Below, piece by piece: positions 1 to 15,903 of a stretch of DNA of 64,000 bases. Both the position numbers and the translations under genes were made by a program. The notes under the pieces are model-generated. The model searched no databases, was not told where the DNA came from, and saw only the letters and a list, made by a program, of their open reading frames with translations. Within the stretch, counting starts at the first letter, position 1, and each line of letters opens with the position of its first letter. Origin of the DNA: Octopus vulgaris (Eukaryota). The stretch covers positions 43,276,001 to 43,340,000 of the forward strand of contig OX597836.1 in the NCBI GenBank assembly GCA_951406725.2. Direction: 5' to 3'.

Positions 1-339
1 AGAATTTATTTATTAAACTATTTTTCTCTCCCAAGTACCAATCCAACACGCGCGTCAGCTGGACAAGTATCCCGGTGTCCTTTAACGCCGCAACTATGTG
101 CTTTTAGTTAATTTTAATTTAAATCAGTCGCACTACATATTCATCCAAGGTATACACGTTCTTATACAGTTTCGTTCAAGTTTTTACCCATGCGGGTGGA
201 TGAAGCGAGATGAAGATTTAAAGTATTAGACAGTTCCTCTGGAAGTACATCCTCGGTGAGAGAAAATAAAACCTCAGTGTATAGAACAGTAGAGGTTGCG
301 TTGAAATACGATATGACTTAGAATAGACATTATTTAGAT

Positions 340-678
340 CATTGGTTTTCAACTAGGGTTCCGCGGAACCTTAGGGTTCCGCAAGAAGTTACAAAACTGC
401 TAAAATCGGCAGTAATTTTTAATTCTCCTGTGCAGATATTACTCTTTTACTCTTTTACTTGTTTCAGGCATTTGACTGCGGCCATGCTGGAGCACCGCCT
501 TTAGTCGAGGAAATCGACCCCGGGACTTATTCTTTGTAAGCCCAGTACTTATTCTATCGGTCTCATTTGCCGAACCGCTAAGTGTGCATAAGACAATTAA
601 ATTATTGCACAGGGGTTCCTCGAGCCAGTGGAATGTTTCCTTGGGGTTCCGCTCCAGCAAAAAGTTTGAAAAGCACTG
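340..678. mobile_element. Non-autonomous hAT-type element (MITE) with a nested SINE fragment
   Basis: Imperfect termini CATTGGTTTTCAAC ... TTTGAAAAGCACTG. Flanking 8-mers ATTTAGAT (332-339) and TTTTAGAT (679-686) match at 7/8, as expected of a hAT 8-bp TSD. A SINE 3' fragment lies at ~438-583. Confidence 0.65.
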
Positions 679-891
679 TTTTAGATATTAAGGGAACACT
701 GGTAGAAGGAAAAAACCTTCACTACGTATGGATGTATTCACATCACCGACTTCTCATAGTGAGGATGATAGATTCTATATAAGATGTATGGACAGGTTTA
801 AAAGGAAACCAAAGAAAGAGGAAATAAATATCGTTTTCTTTTGGGTAATCAGACTGATTCGTAGCAATAAAGTTTTATAGTTTATTGAAAT

Positions 892-1347
892 CAAGCAGTA
901 TCGCCCGGCGTTGCTCGGGTTTGTAAGGGATATGACTATATAAGCATTTTTAGAGAGTTATAGCCAAAAAGAGATATATGTAATTTTTTTTATCGTTGAC
1001 TCATCGAGACATAGAGAGTTACTCCTATATAATTGCGAAAATGCATTAAATTGGGAAGAAATGATGGTAAATTTGTTTTTAAATTGTAGACTCATCGTAG
1101 ACATTTTTAGAGAGTTACTTCCCTTATATAATAGCGAAAAAATGCATTAAAAATGCGGAAAAAATGATGGTAAATTTTTTTTTAATCGTAGACTCATCGT
1201 AGACGCGCGCTAATACCCAAAAGGGCTCGATATGAATCACGACTATAAGATACCCGGTTTTGGTAACACTGCACCGCAAAATGTGGGAGTAGTTAGGAAT
1301 CTAAATCGTAGGAGACAGACACACAACTTCACTTTTATATATAAAGA
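892..1347 (-). mobile_element. Non-autonomous Helitron (family A)
   Basis: Reverse complement of the 2103-2483 element. 5' TC(TTTATATATAAAAG); 3' hairpin CCCGAGCAACGCCGGG; terminal CTAG degenerate. Confidence 0.75.
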
Positions 1348-1448
1348 TTAGAAGTCTAGTATTGAGAATGATCAGGTAAGTTGAAATTTTAACTATATTT
1401 TGGTTCAATTCATAAATATCTATATCATTGTGAGGTTTGGAGCAAACT

Positions 1449-1869
1449 TACTCTTTTACTTGTTTCAGTCATTTGACTGCGGCCATGCTGGAGCACCGCC
1501 TTTTAGTCGAGCAAATCGACCCCAGGACTTATTCTTTGTAAAAGCCTAGTACTTATTCTATTGGTCTCTTTTGCCGAACCGCAACATTACGGGGACGTAA
1601 ACAGACCAGCATCGGTTGTCAAGCGATGTTGGTGCGGACAAACACAGATACACAAATATATACACACACATACATATATATATATATATACATATATATA
1701 CATGACTGGTTTCTTATGTAGTTTCCTTCTACCAAATCCACTCACAAGGCATTGGTCGGCCCGAGGCTATAGTAGAAGACACTTGCCCAAGGTGCCAAGC
1801 AGTGGGACTGAACCCTGAACCATGTGACTGGTAAGCAAGCTACTTACCACACAGCCACTCCTGCGCCTA
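1449..1869 (-). mobile_element. tRNA-derived SINE, family 1 (internal microsatellite, AAAAGAG-type tail)
   Basis: Minus strand: head GGCGCAGGAGTGGCTGTGTGG...GGTTCAGTCCC (A/B-box-like), TTGGGCAAGTGTCTT core, (TA/TG)n, tail CTCCAGCATGGCCGCAGTCAAATGACTGAAACAAGTAAAAGAG. More than 12 full or partial copies in the window. Confidence 0.85.
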
Positions 1870-2102
1870 TTTGTTAAAATCTAAAGTAAATTTGCGATTA
1901 TTTGACGAGGTTAACTTTTGTCTAAGTGATTTCTTATTAAAAGCCCTTATTTGGAAAAGTCTTAAACACTTATCGGAAAGAATATGCACATTTTACTGTT
2001 ATTCGTTTTCGCGATTTAATAATCTGCAATTGGAGATAAAGATATGGAGTATTTCCTTCCAAGCAGAAGTCCCATTGAATACCAACTCGGTGAAAAGTGT
2101 TA

Positions 2103-2483
2103 TCTTTATATATAAAAGTGAAGTTGTGTGTCTGTCTCCTACGATTTAGATTCCTAACTACTCCCACATTTTGCGGTGCAGTTTAACCAAAAGCGGGTAT
2201 CTTATAGTCGTGATTCATATCGAGCCCTTCTGAGTCTATGATGAGTCTACGATTTAAAAATAATTTACCATCATTTTTTTCCATTTTAATGCATTTTTTC
2301 GCTATTATATAAGGGAAGTAACTCTCTAAAAATGTCTACGATGAGTCAACGATTTAAAAAAAATTTACCATCATTTTTTTTCCATTTTTAACGCATTTTT
2401 TGCTATTTTTTGGCTATAACTCTAAAAATGCTTATATAGTTATTTCCCTTACAAACCCGAGCAACGCCGGGCGATACTGCTAG
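2103..2483 (+). mobile_element. Non-autonomous Helitron (family A)
   Basis: Starts TC after a host A and ends CTAG before a host T. Subterminal GC-rich hairpin CCCGAGCAACGCCGGG lies 8 nt before CTAG. No TSD. Confidence 0.85.
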
Positions 2484-2505
2484 TATACTACACAATTGCA
2501 ACGAT

Positions 2506-3112
2506 CCTCTGCAGAATGTGTGGGAAGAAGGCCGAAAGTGTGACTCAGGTTATTAGTGTTTGTGGAAGTCTTGCGCAGAAGGGGTACAAGCGCAGACACT
2601 ACAAGGTAACCCCAAACCTTCACTGGCTTCTATGCCGGAAGTATGGAGATTAAGTAATGGGTTTTTGGTATCAACAAACACCGGAAAAACTAATGAACGA
2701 AAACGGGAAGGCAAGGGTCCTCTGGGACTTTGGCTTCCAAACAGTCAAGGTGTCAGAGCACCGTAGGCTAGCTGGATTAAGTAACCTGTAGGAGGGACAA
2801 ACAAGGGTGCCAAATAACCGACGTGGCAGGGCCAGGAGATTAACATATTATCGTGAAAGAAAGAGAAAGTTTGACGAATATGAACACCTGAGAAATGGGA
2901 TCACCAAGATGTGGATGCTGCGAGAGTCAAGGGTAAAGGTTGTTTCCCGTTGTCATCGGAGCATCGGGTTCGATACCACCCAAACTGAAGAAACATCTGG
3001 ACACATTACAAATACCCTTTCGGTCTATGTGTATTGCAAAAATCGGCTTTACTTGGAACTACAAGCATATTGCGCTAAGTACTGCCTGTCTGAAGTCTTT
3101 GCTGTGACTTGA
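2506..3112 (+). mobile_element. Decayed 3' fragment of an RLE-type non-LTR retrotransposon (R4/NeSL/Hero-like)
   Basis: Frameshifted translation gives CRMCGKKAESVTQVIS (start of zinc knuckle), ...YEHLRNGITKMW..., and ..VVIGASGSIPPKLKKHL. These resemble the C-terminus of a restriction-like endonuclease domain. Confidence 0.6.
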
Positions 3113-3140
3113 CAGATAGTACAAACCCCGGAACACACAA

Positions 3141-3376
3141 TACCTATTTCTTTACTACCCACAAGGGGCTAAACACAGAGGGGACAAACAAGGACAGACA
3201 AACGAATTAAGTCGATTACATCGACCCCAGTGCGTAACTGGTACTTATTTAATTGACCCCGAAAGGATGAAAGCCAAAGTCGACCTCGGCGGAATTTGAA
3301 CTCACAACGTAACGCAGACGAAATACCACTAAGCATTTCGCCCGGCGTGCTAACGTTTCTGCCAGCTCACCGCCTT
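3141..3376 (-). mobile_element. tRNA-derived SINE, family 2
   Basis: Minus strand: GGCGGTGAGCTGGCAGAAACGTTAGCACG...GAGTTCAAATTCC (A/B boxes), core GACTTTG(G/C)CTTTCATCCTTTCGGGGTC, tail AAAGAAATAGGTATT. Related copies at ~8030-8240, 8290-9416, 29240-29420, 48150-48380, 59450-59630, 60921-61360, 63410-63590. Confidence 0.8.
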
Positions 3377-3435
3377 CTTGGAACACACAATATCTTCAAT
3401 CTACATCCCAATACAGGATATTGAGCGAAATCTTC

Positions 3436-3495
<60 letters not shown>

Positions 3496-3541
3496 AAGAA
3501 GAACAACAACAACAACAACAATAATAGATACATACATACAT

Positions 3542-3576
<35 letters not shown>

Positions 3577-3650
3577 TGCATACATACATACATACATACA
3601 TACATACATACATACATACATACATACATACATACATACATACATACATA
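3436..3650. repeat. Compound microsatellite (AAT)n(AAG)n(AAC)n(ATAC)n
   Basis: Directly visible. Confidence 0.95.
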
Positions 3651-3663
3651 CTGCATACACATA

Positions 3664-3882
3664 CGAGAGGGTGTTGAAAAGCTCCTGGCTTTTGGGTAAA
3701 AGAAAATACAGTAGGATCAGTTAATTATGATTTTATTCAACATATTCCCCTCTCAGATTCACACATTTACTGCAGTGGTCCTTCAGTTCTTCTAAGCCTT
3801 GTAAAAGAACTTGGAAGTTTGGGCCACCAACAAAGCTTTTTGCGATACCCTCAAAGCGAGGAACTTTTCAGCATCTCCTTGC
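3664..3882 (-). mobile_element. Mariner-derived MITE
   Basis: Imperfect TIRs TACGAGAGGGTGTTGAAAAGCTCCTGGCTTT / AAAGCGAGGAACTTTTCAGCATCTCCTTGCA. Minus strand encodes a mariner-like C-terminus [24 protein letters not shown] second, decayed copy lies at ~17863-18078. Confidence 0.65.
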
Positions 3883-6280
<2,398 letters not shown>

Positions 6281-6451
6281 GGGTAGAGTGCGTACATTTG
6301 AGTGTGTATACAAGAGATTGTTTGAAGAGAGTGTATGAAACAATAAAAACAAAGAGGGGGGTGTGACAAAACGACTCCCCCTCCCTCCGCCCAGCTGGTG
6401 TAGAACAGACTGGAAGGGCTTCTTCAATTATCGTGATATTGCCATTTCTGC

Positions 6452-6528
6452 TATAAATGCTGAGCGTATAAAAATGTAGACCATTTTCTCTATTGCTGAA
6501 TATTTAGTCTGCAATTCTTAAGGTAAGC
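6452..6528 (+). promoter_or_regulatory. Candidate TATA promoter and short non-coding first exon of the His/Gly-rich gene
   Basis: TATAAA at 6452 and TATAAAAA at ~6467 in unique sequence, followed by a strong donor AAG|GTAAGC at 6522/6523. Linkage to the acceptor at 16995 is inferred. Confidence 0.35.
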
Positions 6529-6750
6529 ATCTTATTAGACATTAATATGGTTGTTCCTTTCTTCCGTTTTTTTTTTTTGTTCGTTACCCAGGGGAGATAG
6601 GATAGCATCTATGCCCCAATCTCAAGGCCTCTGAGACCGGTGAGAGGGAGAGATAAAAAAAAAAATGAGGGAGTTATCCTCGGCGTGGATATCTGCCACG
6701 AGTTCTCGCAATAAAAAGAAGTGAAGGTAACCAAGGACCAGACGGAGGTG

Positions 6751-7138
6751 TGGAAGCACTCCGTCGGTTACGACGACGACGAGGGTTCCGGTTAATCCGA
6801 ATCAACGGAACAGCCTGCTCGTGAAATTAACGTGTAAGTGGCTGAGCGCTCCACAGACACGTGTACCCTTAACGTAGTTCTCGGGGATATTCAGCGTGAC
6901 ACAGAGAGTGACAAGGCCGGCCCTTTGAAATACAGGTACAACAGAAACAGGAAGTAAGAGTGAGAGAAAGTTGTGGTGAAAGAGTACAGCAGGGATCACC
7001 ACCATCTCCTGCCGGAGCCTCGTGGAGATTTAGGTGTTTTCGCTCAATAAACACTCACAACGCCCGGTCTGGGAATCGAAACCGTGATCCTATGACCGCG
7101 AGTCCGCTGCCCTAACCACTGGGCCATTGCGCCTCCAC
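6751..7138 (-). mobile_element. tRNA-derived SINE, family 3 (~390 bp)
   Basis: Head GGAGGCGCAATGGCCCAGTGGTTAGG...GGTTTCGATTCCC; tail ...GACGGAGTGCTTCCA. TSD ACCAGACGGAGGTG (6737-6750 / 7137-7150). Confidence 0.9.
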
Positions 7139-8440
7139 CAGACGGAGGTGTCAGACCGAACAATGGATTAATTCTATACGACGAGAACTGGTTCGATTCC
7201 CGTGTAGTCAAGCACTGGTTAGGCTAGTGTAGGTAGCAGGCATTCGTCGCCGTCATGTATCGTACGCTTCGCAGTGCGCTGACAACACCTTTCCAATTTA
7301 AGCGCGAATTCTCCCATCAGATAAAGCCAAAGCGCTACTTCGTTCTAACTTTCTCACGGTGTTTTCTTGCCACGAATATTGGGGGTAATCTGCCATTGCC
7401 TTCCCCAACATGATGGCCGTTGACCCACAAGGAGCTCATCCGCCCTTCGACGGATCTTGTTTATAAATCCTGTTGAGTCTCCGGACACCCTGCTCACGAG
7501 AGTAGCAAGCTACCCAAGTGGGAGAACCGGTTTAGCCACCGATCACTCGGCCATGGGACAAGTGGTACTAATTCACATGATACCAGCAGCAGGTCTCGCC
7601 AGCCTGTGATCAGATCCCTGACCTGACAATAGCAGGCGTTTCTACTTTAAAAGGGTTCACTTTGAGCGGGGGCCTGTATTAACTCTGCATTAGCCAAACA
7701 TTAATTAGAACACTCAATCGAAATTTAGCAACGTCTTCAAGCGGTTGCAACCAAAACGCGTTTCCGAATACTATTTCAGGTATCTCTGATCTGAATTAGC
7801 TTTTGTGGGTTCTCAATTTCATGTTGTGTGTCCCTGTCCCTGCCAATAATATCAATGTAGTTTAGTGGGGTTTTGCCCTCTAATACCCTCCAAAATGTAA
7901 CGTCTAGCAAGACGTTCAGCGCGATTGCAGTGGTAAATAAAGCCTCTGTGCCTTGAGCAATAACAATACAAATAGGTGGGTGGAATAGATCTATAAATCA
8001 ATCTATTCTAGTAATTAAATTGATTTCAAATTTTAGCACAAGGCCAGCAATTTGTTGGGTGGGAGAGGGTAAGTCGATTACATCGATCCTGGTATTCAAC
8101 AAACCCTTATTTATCGACCCCAAAAGTACGAAAGACATAGTCGACCTCCGCAGAATTTGAACTCAGAACGTAAAGACGGACGAAATGCCGCTATGCATTT
8201 TGCCCGGCGTGCTCACGATTCAGCCAATACGCAGCCTTATTCTAGTAATGAAACTGATAAATGTAAAATGTCACAAATATACTTTTCTACAATAGGCACA
8301 AAGCCCGAAAGTTTTGGGTGGGAGGCCAGTCGATTAGATCGATCCCAGGACGCAACTGGTACTTAATTTATCGACCCCGAAAGGATGAAAGGCAAAGTCG
8401 ACCTCGGCGGAATTTGAACTCAGAATGTAAAGACAGAAAA

Positions 8441-9416
8441 AATACCTATTTCTTTATTACCTGCAAGGGGCTAAACACAGAGGGAACAAACAAGGACAGA
8501 CAAACGGATTAAGTCGATTACATCGACCCCAGTGCGTAACTGGTACTTAATTTATCGGCCCCGAAAGGATGAAAGGCAAAGTCAACCCCGGCGGCATTTG
8601 AACTCAGAACCTAGCGGCAGACGAAATACCTATTTCTTTATTACCCACAATGGGCTAAACACAGAGGGAACAAACAAGGACAGACAAACGGATTAAGTCG
8701 ATTACATCGACCCCAGTGCGTAACTGGTACTTAATTTATCGGCCCCGAAAGGATGAAAGGCAAAGTCAACCCCGGCGACATTTGAACTCAGAACCTAGCG
8801 GCAGACGAAATACCTATTTCTTTATTACCCACAATGGGCTAAACACAGAGGGAACAAACAAGGACAGACAAACGGATTAAGTCGATTACATCGACCCCAG
8901 TGCGTAACTGGTACTTAATTTATCGGCCCCGAAAGGATGAAAGGCAAAGTCAACCCCGGCGGCATTTGAACTCAGAACCTAGCGGCAGACGAAATACCTA
9001 TTTCTTTATTACCCACAATGGGCTAAACACAGAGGGAACAAACAAGGACAGACAAACGGATTAAGTCGATTACATCGACCCCAGTGCGTAACTGGTACTT
9101 AATTTATCGGCCCCGAAAGGATGAAAGGCAAAGTCAACCCCGGCGACATTTGAACTCAGAACCTAGCGGCAGACGAAATACCTATTTCTTTATTACCCAC
9201 AATGGGCTAAACACAGAGGGAACAAACAAGGACAGACAAACGGATTAAGTCGATTACATCGACCCCAGTGCGTAACTGGTACTTAATTTAACCGACCCCC
9301 GAAAGGATGAAAGGCAAAGTCGACCTCGGCGGAATTTGAACTCAGAACGTAACGGCAGACGAAATACCACAAAGCATTTCGCCCGGCGTGCTAACGTTTC
9401 AGCCAGCTCGCCGCCT
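8441..9416 (-). repeat. Tandem array of five 184-bp units derived from SINE family 2, ending in one SINE head
   Basis: AATACCTATTTC recurs at 8441, 8625, 8809, 8993, 9177 (period 184). The tRNA-like head is at ~9360-9416. Confidence 0.9.
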
Positions 9417-9712
9417 TGATGGTTACAAAGTATTACTGACATTAATCCTTTCACAAACTTACCTTAAAAAAAGAAATTAGACCAGTATGGTTGTTGTTGC
9501 TGTCGTTGTTGTTTATGATGTTGCTGTTGTCTTCTTCTTCTTCTTCTCTTTCTTCTTCTTCTTCTTCCAATCAGGACTCACGTCATTAGCCACAAAGAAT
9601 AATCTCTAATTCGAGTCTACTCTAAGCTACTAAGAATGCGTGTGGCAACTTGACACATAGATATTTTGAATCAGATTGCCATGTGCATATTATACAGCTC
9701 TCTCTCTCTCTT

Positions 9713-10116
9713 TTACTCTTTTACTTGTTTCAGTCATTTGACTGCGGCCATGCTGGAGCACCGCCTTTAGTCGAGCAAATCGACCCCGGGACTTATTCTT
9801 TGTAAGCCCAGTACTTATTCTATCGGTCTATTTTGCCGAACCGCTAAGTGACGGGGACGTAAACACACCAGCATCGGTTGTCAAGCAATGCTAGGGGGAC
9901 AAACACAGACACACAAACATACACACACACATACACATATATACATATATACGACAGGCTTCTTTCAGTTTCCGTCTACCAAATCCACTCACAAGGTATT
10001 GGTCGGCCCGGGGCTATAGCAGAAGACACTTGCCCAAGATGCCACGCAGTGGAACTGAACCCGCAACCATTATGGTTGGTCAGCAAGCTACTTACCACAC
10101 AGCCACTCCTGAGCCT
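9713..10116 (-). mobile_element. SINE family 1
   Basis: Near-identical to 1449-1869. Confidence 0.85.
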
Positions 10117-10654
10117 ATTTTTTTTTAATTTAAAAGAATCACATTTTATATTAAAGGTGTTCTGTAATTTGAAAAAGTATAAAATATTGGTTGAATAGAC
10201 GCAGAAAATTATACGCGTTATCTTTTCACCGTTTTTCTGATGGAAGCAGGATATCAACTTGCTTCCTTTTTCCTATGGAAGTGTTACATAACAACCTAAG
10301 ATTATATATATCATAGGTACTGCGAAGGGACAGAAACTTAATCTAAGCATATAAGTATTTATTAGAATCTAAAACTATTCGTTATCAGTTCTTACAAGAA
10401 AAGACTTGTCTTTGTGGAATTTTTATTGGAAATTTTTTTAAATAATACACCGAAAAGGACGCAACAGTTCGTGTTGCTTCCCTTACACAGACTTTTTTTG
10501 TGTGTCGTCTGCCACTGGTTATCGTCTCAAGCAAATTCCGACAATAAAATTTTACAGAACATTAGAAGAACGATCTTATGAAAAATAATATAGTTTCGAT
10601 TTTGAATCTTATTTTTAAGGGAAGCATTGCTTCCCTTCCTTCTATGAACCGCAC

Positions 10655-10732
<78 letters not shown>

Positions 10733-10741
10733 TTATTTATT

Positions 10742-10772
<31 letters not shown>

Positions 10773-10822
10773 ACATATATATATATATATATATACATAT
10801 ATATATACACATATATATATAA

Positions 10823-10868
<46 letters not shown>

Positions 10869-10884
10869 TTTTGATCTTATACTC

Positions 10885-11288
10885 ATTTACTTGTTTCAGT
10901 CATCTGATTTGCGGCCATGCTGTAGCACCGCCTTAAAGGGTTTTAGTCGAAGAAATCGACACCAGGACATATTCTTTCTAAGCCTAGTACTTATTCTATT
11001 GGTGTCTTTTGCCGAACTACTAAGTTACGGGGACATAAACACACCAGCATCGGTTGTAAAGTGATAGAAAGGTGATAAACACAGACTCACAAATATGTAT
11101 ATATATATATACATATACACACACACGATAGGCTTCTTTCAGTTTCCGTTTATCAAATCCACTTACAAGGCTTTAGTCGGCCTAAGGCTATCTAGAAGAC
11201 ACTTGCCCAAGGTGCCACACAGTGGGACTGAGCCCGGATCTATGTGGTTGGGAAGCAATCTTCTTATCACACAGCCACGATACATATT

Positions 11289-11334
<46 letters not shown>

Positions 11335-11385
11335 GAGAGAGAGTGAGAGAGAGAGAGAGAGATACTTAGATTTCTTCATTCATAC

Positions 11386-11425
<40 letters not shown>

Positions 11426-11812
11426 CTTTTATCTCTCTTTTACTTGTTTCAGTCATTTGACTGCGGCCATGCTGGAGCACCGCCTTTAGTCGAGCAGATC
11501 GACCCCGGGACTTATTCTTTGTAAGCCCAGTACTTATTCTATCGGTCCCTTTTGCCGAACCGCTAAGTTACGGGGATATAAACACACCAGCATCGGTTGT
11601 CAAGCAATGCTAGGGGGACAAACACAGACACACAAACATATACACACGCATACATATATACGACAGGCATCTTTCAGTTTCCGTCTACCAAATCCACTCA
11701 CAAGGCATTGGTCGGCCCTGGGCTATAGTAGAAGACACTTGCCCAAGATGCCACGCAGTGGGACTGAACCCGGAACCATGTGGTTGGTAAGCAAGCTACT
11801 TACCATACAGCC
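10885..11812 (-). mobile_element. Two SINE family 1 copies (~10885-11278 and ~11435-11812) separated by microsatellites
   Basis: Shared head, core and tail motifs. Confidence 0.8.
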
Positions 11813-12499
11813 AATATATATATATATATATATATATAGATGAGTGTATTTTTACCTTGTTAACAATTAACACGGAAAAAATAAATAAATAGTTACCAGG
11901 GCAGCAAAAATCTCACAAGTAAAGGTGTTGTAACTCCTTGTTTATAAAGGTAGAAACTTCGTGTTTACGTTGAATATTTTGAATAATATGAATAATAAAT
12001 GGAGTTAACTCCATTTTTTATTCATATATATATATATATATATTCATACATATGTACACACCTCTTTACATAGAGAAAGTACCAGAGTTCAAAACATAAC
12101 ACAAAAACTTACTAAGATCGAATTGTTCGACTAAACTCTTAAAGGAGGTACCCCATTATTGCGGCAGTCTAATGCCTAAAGCAAATAAAAAAATAACGAT
12201 AAGATATTATTTTCTACACACAAACACGCGCGCGCGTGGCAAACTCGGATGGCGTCATGACTCCATCGCTTCATCACTGCTTGGTCGAATAGAATTGCCC
12301 GATTTTTATCTTAATAAAACTTTTATTAATACAAGTGGAATGTCGATGGAAAATTACTTTAGAAATTTAGTTACGATTTAATTCATGAATTAACCTCGCC
12401 CTGTGGTACAATAAATAAAGTAATCATCGGCTGTAATTAACCACACAAATTCATGGCGATTAGCTTCTAATTCACACGAAATTTAACGGACTTATACAT

Positions 12500-12544
12500 A
12501 CTTGTGTATATATATATGTGTGTGCGTGTGCTTTTGTGTAGCTG

Positions 12545-12591
<47 letters not shown>

Positions 12592-12599
12592 ATATATAT

Positions 12600-12645
<46 letters not shown>

Positions 12646-12728
12646 CACACATGTGCAATTACAAATATATACACCCACATATATGATTATACATATAAAT
12701 ATATATGATATGATATATATATACATAC

Positions 12729-12827
<99 letters not shown>

Positions 12828-12968
12828 TTTATATTTGTATATACATATATATATATATATATACACACATAAATGCAAATACAAATATATACACCCACAT
12901 ATATGATTACACATATATAAATACATATAAATATATATATAATTATACACACACACACAAACACACGC

Positions 12969-13040
<72 letters not shown>

Positions 13041-13175
13041 GTGTACGCACGTAAATATATTAATATATAAACATATAGACTTATATACTCATGCATACAC
13101 ACATATACACGCACATATAAATACGCACGTTCACACTCATACAGACACAACACACACACACACACACACACACAT
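12500..13175. repeat. Compound microsatellite field
   Basis: (TA)n, (GA)n, (AGAT)n, (TG)n, (CA)n. Confidence 0.9.
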
Positions 13176-13308
13176 TACATCATGGGAGTATCAGTTAACC
13201 TCGTCACATCACGCACCAATCCGCGAACATCCACTCTTTATATCCTAACGCGGTCGACTATGAGCGCCAACGTAAATAATAGATTACAGTAGTTGTTTTG
13301 TTTCCAGG

Positions 13309-13695
13309 TGTGGAGGCGCAATGGCCCAGTGGTCAGGGCAGCGGACTCGCGGTCATAGGATCACGGTTTCGATTCCCAGACCGTGCGTTATGAGTGTTTA
13401 TTGAGCGAAAACACCTAAAAGCTCCACAAGGCTCCGGCAGGGGATGGTGGTGATCCCTGCTGTACTCTTTCGCCACAACTTTCTCTCACTCTTACTTCCT
13501 GTTTCTGTTGTACCTGTATTTCAAAAGGCCGGCCTTGTCACTCTCTGTGTCACGCTGAATATCCCCGAGAACTACATTAAGGGTACACGTGTCTGTGGAG
13601 TGCTTTGCCACTTACACGTTCATTTCACGAGCAGGCTGTTCCGTTGATTCGGATCAACCGGAACCCTCGTCGTCGTAACCGACGGAGTGCTTCCA
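13309..13695 (+). mobile_element. SINE family 3
   Basis: Full length; flanking direct repeat TTTGTTTCCAGGTG. Confidence 0.9.
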
Positions 13696-14137
13696 TCCAT
13701 TTGTTTCCAGGTGGCTTCCAATTCAAATCCCACGAAGTATTCTTTCACTGTTCACAACATCAGTAGTCGACCCAATAAATTCCCAAGTATTTCTCGGTCT
13801 TCTTTACAAAGTTCTTGCTTTGTACCCAAACTTGAAACCAGTATGTTTTGTTTTACGCTGGCGGTAAAGGTGATGACCAGGTAGAAACGTTAGCATACTC
13901 TCTCTTTTACTCTTTTACCTGTTTCAGTCATATGACTGTGGCCATGCTGGAGCACCGCCTTTAATCGAGCAAATCGAACCCCAGGACTTATTCTTCGCAA
14001 GCCTAGTACTTATTCTATCGGTCTCTTTAGCCGAACCGCTAAGTGACGGGGACGTAAACACACCAGCATCGGTTGTCAAGCTATGTTGGGGGCACAAACA
14101 CAGACACACACAAATATATATATATATAAATATATAA

Positions 14138-14311
<174 letters not shown>

Positions 14312-14383
14312 TATACACTTATACGACTAAAGGCGGTGCTCCAGCATGACCGCAGTCAAATGACTGGAACAAGTAAAAGAGAA

Positions 14384-14422
<39 letters not shown>

Positions 14423-14491
14423 CATATATACATACATACATATATACATACAGACAGACATAGGTAGGTACATACGCACGTACGTATATGC

Positions 14492-14562
<71 letters not shown>

Positions 14563-14874
14563 TACATACATACACACACACATATATATATATTGATATT
14601 GATAAATATAAGGGCCTTCTTGAAAATGTGCGGTTCCTGTACTCTTGTTTGAAATCGATGGGTTTTTTTTCCTAAATGAAGGTGGTAAATTTGCAAAATC
14701 GTTAGAATTATTAGTATTGTGTTTTTTTAGTAACAGTGACTCGGCCTCTATCTTTATCAGATGAAGTCATTTCCCTTCACATATATATGTATTTTATGGC
14801 CTTAAGAAATATGTGAATCCCACATATTCCCGTTTCTATATTTCTCTGTACAGTTAAAGCATTCTACTAAGAGA

Positions 14875-15260
14875 GTGGCGGCGCAATGGCCCACTGGTTA
14901 GGGCAGCGGACTCGCGGTCATAGGATCGCGGTTTCGATTCCCAGACTGGGCGTTGTGAGTGTTTATTGAGCGAAAACACCTAAAGCTCCACGAGGCTCCG
15001 GCAGGGGATGGTGGTGATCCCTGCTGTACTCTTTCACCACAACTCTCTCTCACTCTTACTTCCTGTTTCTGTTGTACCTGTATTTCAAAGGGCCGGCCTT
15101 GTCACTTCTCTGTGTCACGCTGAATATCCCCAAGAACTACGTTAAGGGTACACGTGTCTGTGGAGTGCTCAGCCACTTACACGTTAATTTCACGAGCAGG
15201 CTGTTCCGTTGATTCGGATCAACTGGAACCCTCGTCGTCGTAACCGACGGAGTGCTTCCA
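14875..15260 (+). mobile_element. SINE family 3
   Basis: Full length; flanking direct repeat TCTACTAAGAGA. Confidence 0.9.
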
Positions 15261-15418
15261 TCCCATCTACTAAGAGAAAAACAGACACTTCTTTATTATC
15301 TTTTTACCCATTCTTATATGTATTTTTACAGCGTCTTTCCTTTTAAGCCATGTAATCACCGAGCTAGAAAACAGAGAGACCTAAAGGATACAAATTAATT
15401 CAATAATTAATCAACATA

Positions 15419-15813
15419 GGCGCAGGAGTGGCTGTGTGGTAAGTAGCTTGCTAACCAACCACATGGTTCCGGGTTCAGTCCCACTGCGTGGCATCTTGGG
15501 CAAGTGTCTTCTGCTATAGCCCCGGGCCGACCAATGCCTTGTCAGTGGATTTGGTAGACGGAAACTGAAAGAAGCCTGTCGTATATATGTATATATATGT
15601 ATGTATGTATATGTGTGTGTCTGTGATTGTCCCCCTATCATTGCTTGACAACCGATGCTGGTGTGTTTACGTCCCTGTCACTTAGCAGTTCGGCAAAAGA
15701 GACCGATAGAATAAGTACTGGGCTTACAAAGAATAAGTTCCGGGGTCGAATTGCTCGACTAAAGGCGGTGCTCCAGCATGGCCGCAGTCAAATGACTGAA
15801 ACAAGTAAAAGAG
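15419..15813 (+). mobile_element. SINE family 1
   Basis: Full length on + strand with AAAAGAG tail repeats. Confidence 0.85.
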
Positions 15814-15903
15814 AAAGAGAAAGAGAAAGAGATATACACCTACAACTGTTTCATTTCACGAACAAAATTAAAATTACAAAATATAAAATTACTAAAAAAA
15901 CGC

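Noticed and set aside
7200-7630. Possible HDV-like ribozyme in an RTE-5'-UTR-like stretch on the minus strand
   Set aside because: A P1/P3-like pairing is visible but I could not find a P2 helix. It is unsupported without an RNA motif search.
8441-9362. Regular repeat array superficially like CRISPR
   Set aside because: Units are contiguous 184-bp SINE bodies with no unique spacers and no cas genes, in a eukaryotic context.
13309-13385. tRNA gene calls for SINE heads
   Set aside because: A/B boxes are present but there is no convincing full cloverleaf. Each head continues into a SINE body flanked by TSDs.
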